In this document: in pieces, positions 59,840 to 64,000 of the stretch | Position numbering within the stretch: position 1 is the stretch's first letter | Layout of the letters: each line of letters begins with the position of its first letter | NCBI GenBank assembly: GCA_016235455.1 | Contig: JACRKZ010000067.1 | Coordinates: forward strand, 1 to 64,000 | Length of the DNA: 64,000 nt | Reading direction: 5' to 3' | From: Armatimonadota bacterium | Lineage (GTDB): Bacteria > Armatimonadota > UBA10988 | The notes under the pieces: generated by a model | Seen by the model: the letters and a program-made list of their open reading frames with translations, nothing else | What the model was told of the DNA's origin: nothing | Databases searched by the model: none | Program-made: the position numbers and the translations under genes

Positions 59840-61273
59840 ATGGCAGGCTTCGCTCCCTTCGATCCCGACACCTTCCGCGCCCAAGGCCATCGCCTCGTGG
59901 ACCGCCTGGCCGACTACCTGGCGCAGGCGGTCAGCGGCGACCCCGAGCTGCCGGTGCTGCCGCACGCCGACCCCAACCAGCTCCTGGCCCAGTGGTCGTG
60001 CGATTTCGAGCAGCCGATCAGCTTCGAGGCGCTGACCGAGCGCGTGCTGGCCGGCTCCAACCACCTGCACCACCCGCGCTACATGGGCCATCAGGTGACC
60101 GCGCCGCTGCCGCTGGGCGCGCTGTGCGAGCTGATCGATGGGCTGCTCAACAACGCCAACGCCGTGTACGAGATGGGACCGGTGGTCACCGCCATCGAGC
60201 GCAACCTGTCGCGCTGGCTCGGGGCGCGGCTGGGCTGGGACGCGCGGTGCGACGGGTTCTTCACTTCGGGCGGCAGCCTGGGCAACCTGACCGCACTGCT
60301 CGCCGCGCGCCAGGTGCAGGCCGGGTTCGATGTGTTCACCGACGGCCTGCTGGGCGGCGAGCCGCTGGCCGTGCTGGTGTCCGAGTCGGCGCACTACTCG
60401 GTGACGCGGTCGCTGCAGATCATGGGACTGGGCCAGCCGGGCGTGATCAAGGTGCCGGTCGATGAGCGCTACCGCCTGCGGCCCGAGGCGCTGCCCGCGG
60501 CGCTGGCGCAGGCGCGCGCCGCCGGGCGCCGGCCCATCGCCGTGGCGGCCAGCGCCTGTTGCACCGCCACCGGCACGTTCGATCCGCTGGGGCCCATCGC
60601 CGACTTCTGCGCCGAACACGGGCTGTGGCTCCATGTGGATGGCGCGCACGGCGCCTCGGCGGCGCTCAGCGAGCGCTATCGCGAGCTGCTGGCGGGCATC
60701 GAGCGGGCCGATTCGGTCCTCTGGGACGCGCACAAGATGCTGCTCACGCCGGCGCTCTGCACCGCGGTGCTGTTCCGCAACGGCGACCACTCCTTCGCCG
60801 CATTCACCCAGCAGGCCAGCTACCTGCTGCACCAGCAGAACCCGCGCGACGAGTGGTACAACCTGTGCGGCCGCACCGTGGAGTGCACCAAGACCATGAC
60901 CGCGCTACGGCTGTATGCGGCGTTGGCGGTGCTGGGGCCGCGCGTGCTGGGTGACTACGTCACGGACCGGTTCGATCTGGGCCGGCGGTTTGGCCAGATG
61001 CTGGACGAGGCCGACGACTTCGAGATGCCGGTGGCGCCCGAGTGCAACATCGTGTGTTTCGCCTACAGCCCGCCAGGCGCAGCCGCCATGCCGGGCCTGC
61101 AAGCGGCCATCCGACAGCGCTTGCTGGCCGACGAACGGTTCCACATCGTGCAGACACAACTCGGCGGTCGCGTCTGGTTGCGGGTGACGATCATCAATCC
61201 GTTGACCACGGAAGAGGATCTGGTGGCGCTGATGGCGGCGACCAGGGCGGCCGGCCAGGAGCTGTTAGGCTAA
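59840..61273 (+). CDS. PLP-dependent group II amino acid decarboxylase (Ddc/GAD-like)
   Basis: HHPRYMGHQ, FTSGGSLGNLTAL, AHYSV, WLHVDGAHG, WDAHKML. Confidence 0.9.
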   Translation: MAGFAPFDPDTFRAQGHRLVDRLADYLAQAVSGDPELPVLPHADPNQLLAQWSCDFEQPISFEALTERVLAGSNHLHHPRYMGHQVTAPLPLGALCELIDGLLNNANAVYEMGPVVTAIERNLSRWLGARLGWDARCDGFFTSGGSLGNLTALLAARQVQAGFDVFTDGLLGGEPLAVLVSESAHYSVTRSLQIMGLGQPGVIKVPVDERYRLRPEALPAALAQARAAGRRPIAVAASACCTATGTFDPLGPIADFCAEHGLWLHVDGAHGASAALSERYRELLAGIERADSVLWDAHKMLLTPALCTAVLFRNGDHSFAAFTQQASYLLHQQNPRDEWYNLCGRTVECTKTMTALRLYAALAVLGPRVLGDYVTDRFDLGRRFGQMLDEADDFEMPVAPECNIVCFAYSPPGAAAMPGLQAAIRQRLLADERFHIVQTQLGGRVWLRVTIINPLTTEEDLVALMAATRAAGQELLG

Positions 61274-61302
61274 GGAGGCTGGTGGCGACCACCAGCCTCC
61301 TT
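61272..61302. terminator. Hairpin between convergent genes (probable terminator)
   Basis: AAGGAGGCTGGTG-gcgac-CACCAGCCTCCTT. Confidence 0.65.
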
Positions 61303-61305
61303 GGC

Positions 61306-61845
61306 TCAGGACAACTGTCCCTCGGTGACCAGGCCGGTGAGGACCGTGGCGTCGCCCGAGGGCAGTTCAAAGGTGAAGCTACTGGGCGGGATCGGCTGGC
61401 GGTCGCGCCCCATGTAGACGAAGCGGAAGACGCCGCGCGCCTCGGCCTCGTGCTCGGCCGGCGCCACCTGGCCCAGGCCAGGCACCTGCGTCGGCATGGT
61501 GCCCTCGGGCAACCAGGTGATGCTGCTGAGCATCCAGCGGCCGCCCAGCGCACCCACGCCGTCCACCCGCCGGCGCTCGCCGAACGGGACCGGGCCCGCG
61601 GGCCGGCTGAGGTGCAGTTGGACCAGCGCCGTGGGCCGGCCGCCGGCGTTGCGCGCCACGACCAGGCGCTCGACCGCGGCCTGGAACGGCCCGACCGGCT
61701 TGCGGCTCAGCGGCACACTGCGCAGCGTCGGCGCGGACCCCGCCTCACGCGAGACACGCGGCGTGACCACCGGCGCGGGGGCCGCCTTGGCAGCTCCAGC
61801 CGTCATCACAACGCCCATGCCCATTCGTGTCAGGAACCCGCTCAT
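61306..61845 (-). CDS. Hypothetical protein
   Basis: GGAGAGG SD, GC-rich third positions, ends at the hairpin. Confidence 0.5.
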   Translation of the reverse strand: MSGFLTRMGMGVVMTAGAAKAAPAPVVTPRVSREAGSAPTLRSVPLSRKPVGPFQAAVERLVVARNAGGRPTALVQLHLSRPAGPVPFGERRRVDGVGALGGRWMLSSITWLPEGTMPTQVPGLGQVAPAEHEAEARGVFRFVYMGRDRQPIPPSSFTFELPSGDATVLTGLVTEGQLS

Positions 61846-62072
61846 CCGACCTCTCCAATGCTCTACCTCGACGAGGCGCCTGCCCAATAGGTTCCAGGCG
61901 GACGCCATTTTGGCGTTAAGGACCCGTTACGGCCCTGTCGAACGGCCCCAAAGGCGAGAATGAACGCCGATCTTACGTACCCGACATACGCGTTAGCGCG
62001 ATCGGCCGTAGTCTGGGGGGAACTTCGGAGGTCAGGGCGCCGGTCCAACCTCGCAGAGCCGGGAGAAGGTCG

Positions 62073-63179
62073 TTGAAGCGCGCGGTCAGGTTCGCCATCT
62101 TGACGGTGATGGCGACGGCAACGGTAACACTTGTGTGGGCCAGGCCCTGGGCATGGCAGCCGATCCGCCAGGCCCAGACCGGGCGTCTGCTGCATCGGGC
62201 CTGGCTGGGCCCGTGGCGACCCGTCCCGGCCGACGCTCCCGAGCCTGACGGTGCCGTGGACCGCCTCGTGCTCGCAGGCGTGACTCTGCCGCAAGCCGAT
62301 TTCCGCCACTGGCGCATGAGCAACGCCCAGTTCGCCAATAGCAACCTGCCGTGGGCCAACGGCGAACGGCTCACGCTCTGGTACAGCCGGCTGGCCCATG
62401 TGCGGCTGGTCGCCGCGCAACTGGACCACGCTCGCCTCTCGCATGTGGAGATCTCGGACAGCAACCTGCGCGGGGCCAAGGCGCGCGGCGCCTACCTGTC
62501 CAATAGCCAGCTCCTCCGCGTGGACTTGCGCGAGGCCGACCTGCGCGGCGCGGCAGTGCAGCAGACGGACATGCTGGGCCCGGTGGACCTGCGCGACGCC
62601 GACCTGCGCGGCGCGGTCTTCGCCGATGCCGACATGCGCCTCGCGCGGCTCGACGGCGCACGGATGGAGGGCGCGCGGTACCTGGGCAACACGCGCTGGC
62701 CCGCCGGCTTCGACCCGGCGAGCCGTGGCATGCGCGACGGCCAGGAGGAGCAGGAGCGCCGCCGGCCGTCGTCGCGACAGCAACTGAGCCTGCCGCCGAA
62801 CAGCAGCGCCGCCGTGCTCACCGATGTCGCGCCGCAGGCCGAGTTGGACGGCTACCAGTTCTTCAGCGCCGACCTGGGTCGCGCCCTGCTGCGCGGCGCG
62901 TCGCTGCGCGACTCCGTGCTGTGCTATGCCACGCTGCACGCAGCCGATCTGCGCGATACCGATCTGCGCCGCGCCAACCTGACCGGAGTCGACCTGACCG
63001 GCGCCGACCTGACCGGCGCACGCCTGGACGGCGCCGTGCTCGATGGCTGCTCCTGGGACTCGCGGACACGCTGGCCCGAAGGGTTCCAACCGCCCCACGC
63101 ACTGGCTCGCGACGAGACACAATCCATCAGCCAGGCCAGTATGGGTAACACGACGCGGGTAGACAGCCGGACACCGTGA
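62073..63179 (+). CDS. Exported or membrane-anchored pentapeptide repeat protein
   Basis: N-terminal hydrophobic helix; two blocks of A(D/N)Lxx repeats, each ending T-R-W-P-x-G-F. Confidence 0.85.
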   Translation: MKRAVRFAILTVMATATVTLVWARPWAWQPIRQAQTGRLLHRAWLGPWRPVPADAPEPDGAVDRLVLAGVTLPQADFRHWRMSNAQFANSNLPWANGERLTLWYSRLAHVRLVAAQLDHARLSHVEISDSNLRGAKARGAYLSNSQLLRVDLREADLRGAAVQQTDMLGPVDLRDADLRGAVFADADMRLARLDGARMEGARYLGNTRWPAGFDPASRGMRDGQEEQERRRPSSRQQLSLPPNSSAAVLTDVAPQAELDGYQFFSADLGRALLRGASLRDSVLCYATLHAADLRDTDLRRANLTGVDLTGADLTGARLDGAVLDGCSWDSRTRWPEGFQPPHALARDETQSISQASMGNTTRVDSRTP

Positions 63180-63298
63180 CGGTAAGATCGTCATTAAGTA
63201 TCGTGTTACAACCTGGTCCATCTGGGTAAGCCTCCATCAGGTGTAGTCGAGGGCAACCGAGTTGCCTCTGTGGCTACATCAGAGCAGCGGGGCGAGCC

Positions 63299-64000
63299 AT
63301 GGCCAGGCTACGACGTTGGTGCGCATGGGTCACGGTGATCTTGTGTGTCGCAGCCCTCGGTTGGGCGCGGCCGTGGGCGGCCGCGCCGGTGCGCCAGCGG
63401 GGCACGGGCCGCGTTCTGGCCAGGATGCGGCTGACGCCGTGGCGCCGCGTGACTGGCGCTGTGGTCTATCGCGCGCCGGCGGTGCGCCGCCTGCGCGCCA
63501 AGGACCTGGTCCTGGCCAACGCCGACCTGACGCACTGGCACCTGGAGCAGGCCCAACTCGACCGATCGAGACTGGCCTTTGCCGACGCCCGTGGCATGAC
63601 TCTGTGGCACAGCCGCTTGCAGGATGTCCGGTTGGTGGGCGCCATCCTCGACGGCACGCGGCTGCATCGCGTTGATCTGACCGGCGTCAGTCTGCGCCGC
63701 GCGCGGTGCCGCAACATGGTCATCAGCTACGGCCGCTGGCGCGATGTCGATCTGCGTGGCGCCGACTTGCGCGATGCGGCATTGCACGAAGTCGTGTTCG
63801 AGCCGGGTGTCGACCTGCGCGGCGCGGACCTGCGCGGCGCCACACTGGCCGGAGTCGACCTGCGACACGCGCGGATGGACGGGGTCCAGCTTGCCGGCGC
63901 CAGGCTCACCGTGGGCACCAGGCTACCCACCAGTTGCCCCATGCCAGGCCTGGCTCAAGCCGTGTCAGCGGCTGAGCGCGCCGCATCCCGAATGGCCGTC
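63299..64000 (+). CDS. Second exported pentapeptide repeat protein (partial)
   Basis: Translated by hand: MARLRRWCAWVTVILCVAALGWARPW..ADLTHWHL..VDLRGADLRDA..; paralog of the upstream gene; open to the edge. Confidence 0.8.
   Translation, partial: MARLRRWCAWVTVILCVAALGWARPWAAAPVRQRGTGRVLARMRLTPWRRVTGAVVYRAPAVRRLRAKDLVLANADLTHWHLEQAQLDRSRLAFADARGMTLWHSRLQDVRLVGAILDGTRLHRVDLTGVSLRRARCRNMVISYGRWRDVDLRGADLRDAALHEVVFEPGVDLRGADLRGATLAGVDLRHARMDGVQLAGARLTVGTRLPTSCPMPGLAQAVSAAERAASRMAV

Overview
High-GC chromosomal window with about 46 genes and no rRNA, tRNA, CRISPR array or intact mobile element that I can see. A DUF1559 prepilin-type gene and an M6 protease with a FlgD-Ig tail suggest an Armatimonadota-like organism (inference). 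Core genes are secA, ligA, ftsZ, pyrK, ccmAB, an Lrp regulator-aminotransferase pair, a uracil-DNA glycosylase and two PspA/IM30 genes, mixed with secreted and carbohydrate-active enzymes. Main observations: (1) a giant SecA of about 2550 aa whose helical wing domain is expanded into about 21 diverged tandem units of about 72 aa; (2) just upstream, a small signal-peptide ORF ending RFWRPP whose last codons can pair with the secA SD and start codon, the layout of a SecM-like arrest-peptide switch; (3) an orphan DUF6079/BREX-like ATPase fused to a catalytically dead RAYT (HUH) transposase domain, in a window carrying several REP-like hairpins; (4) a hybrid kinase lacking its phospho-acceptor His; (5) three frameshifted genes, two from exact short tandem duplications; (6) a duplicated YcxB/GNAT 5' cassette. 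All family assignments come from motif recognition by eye, not from database searches.
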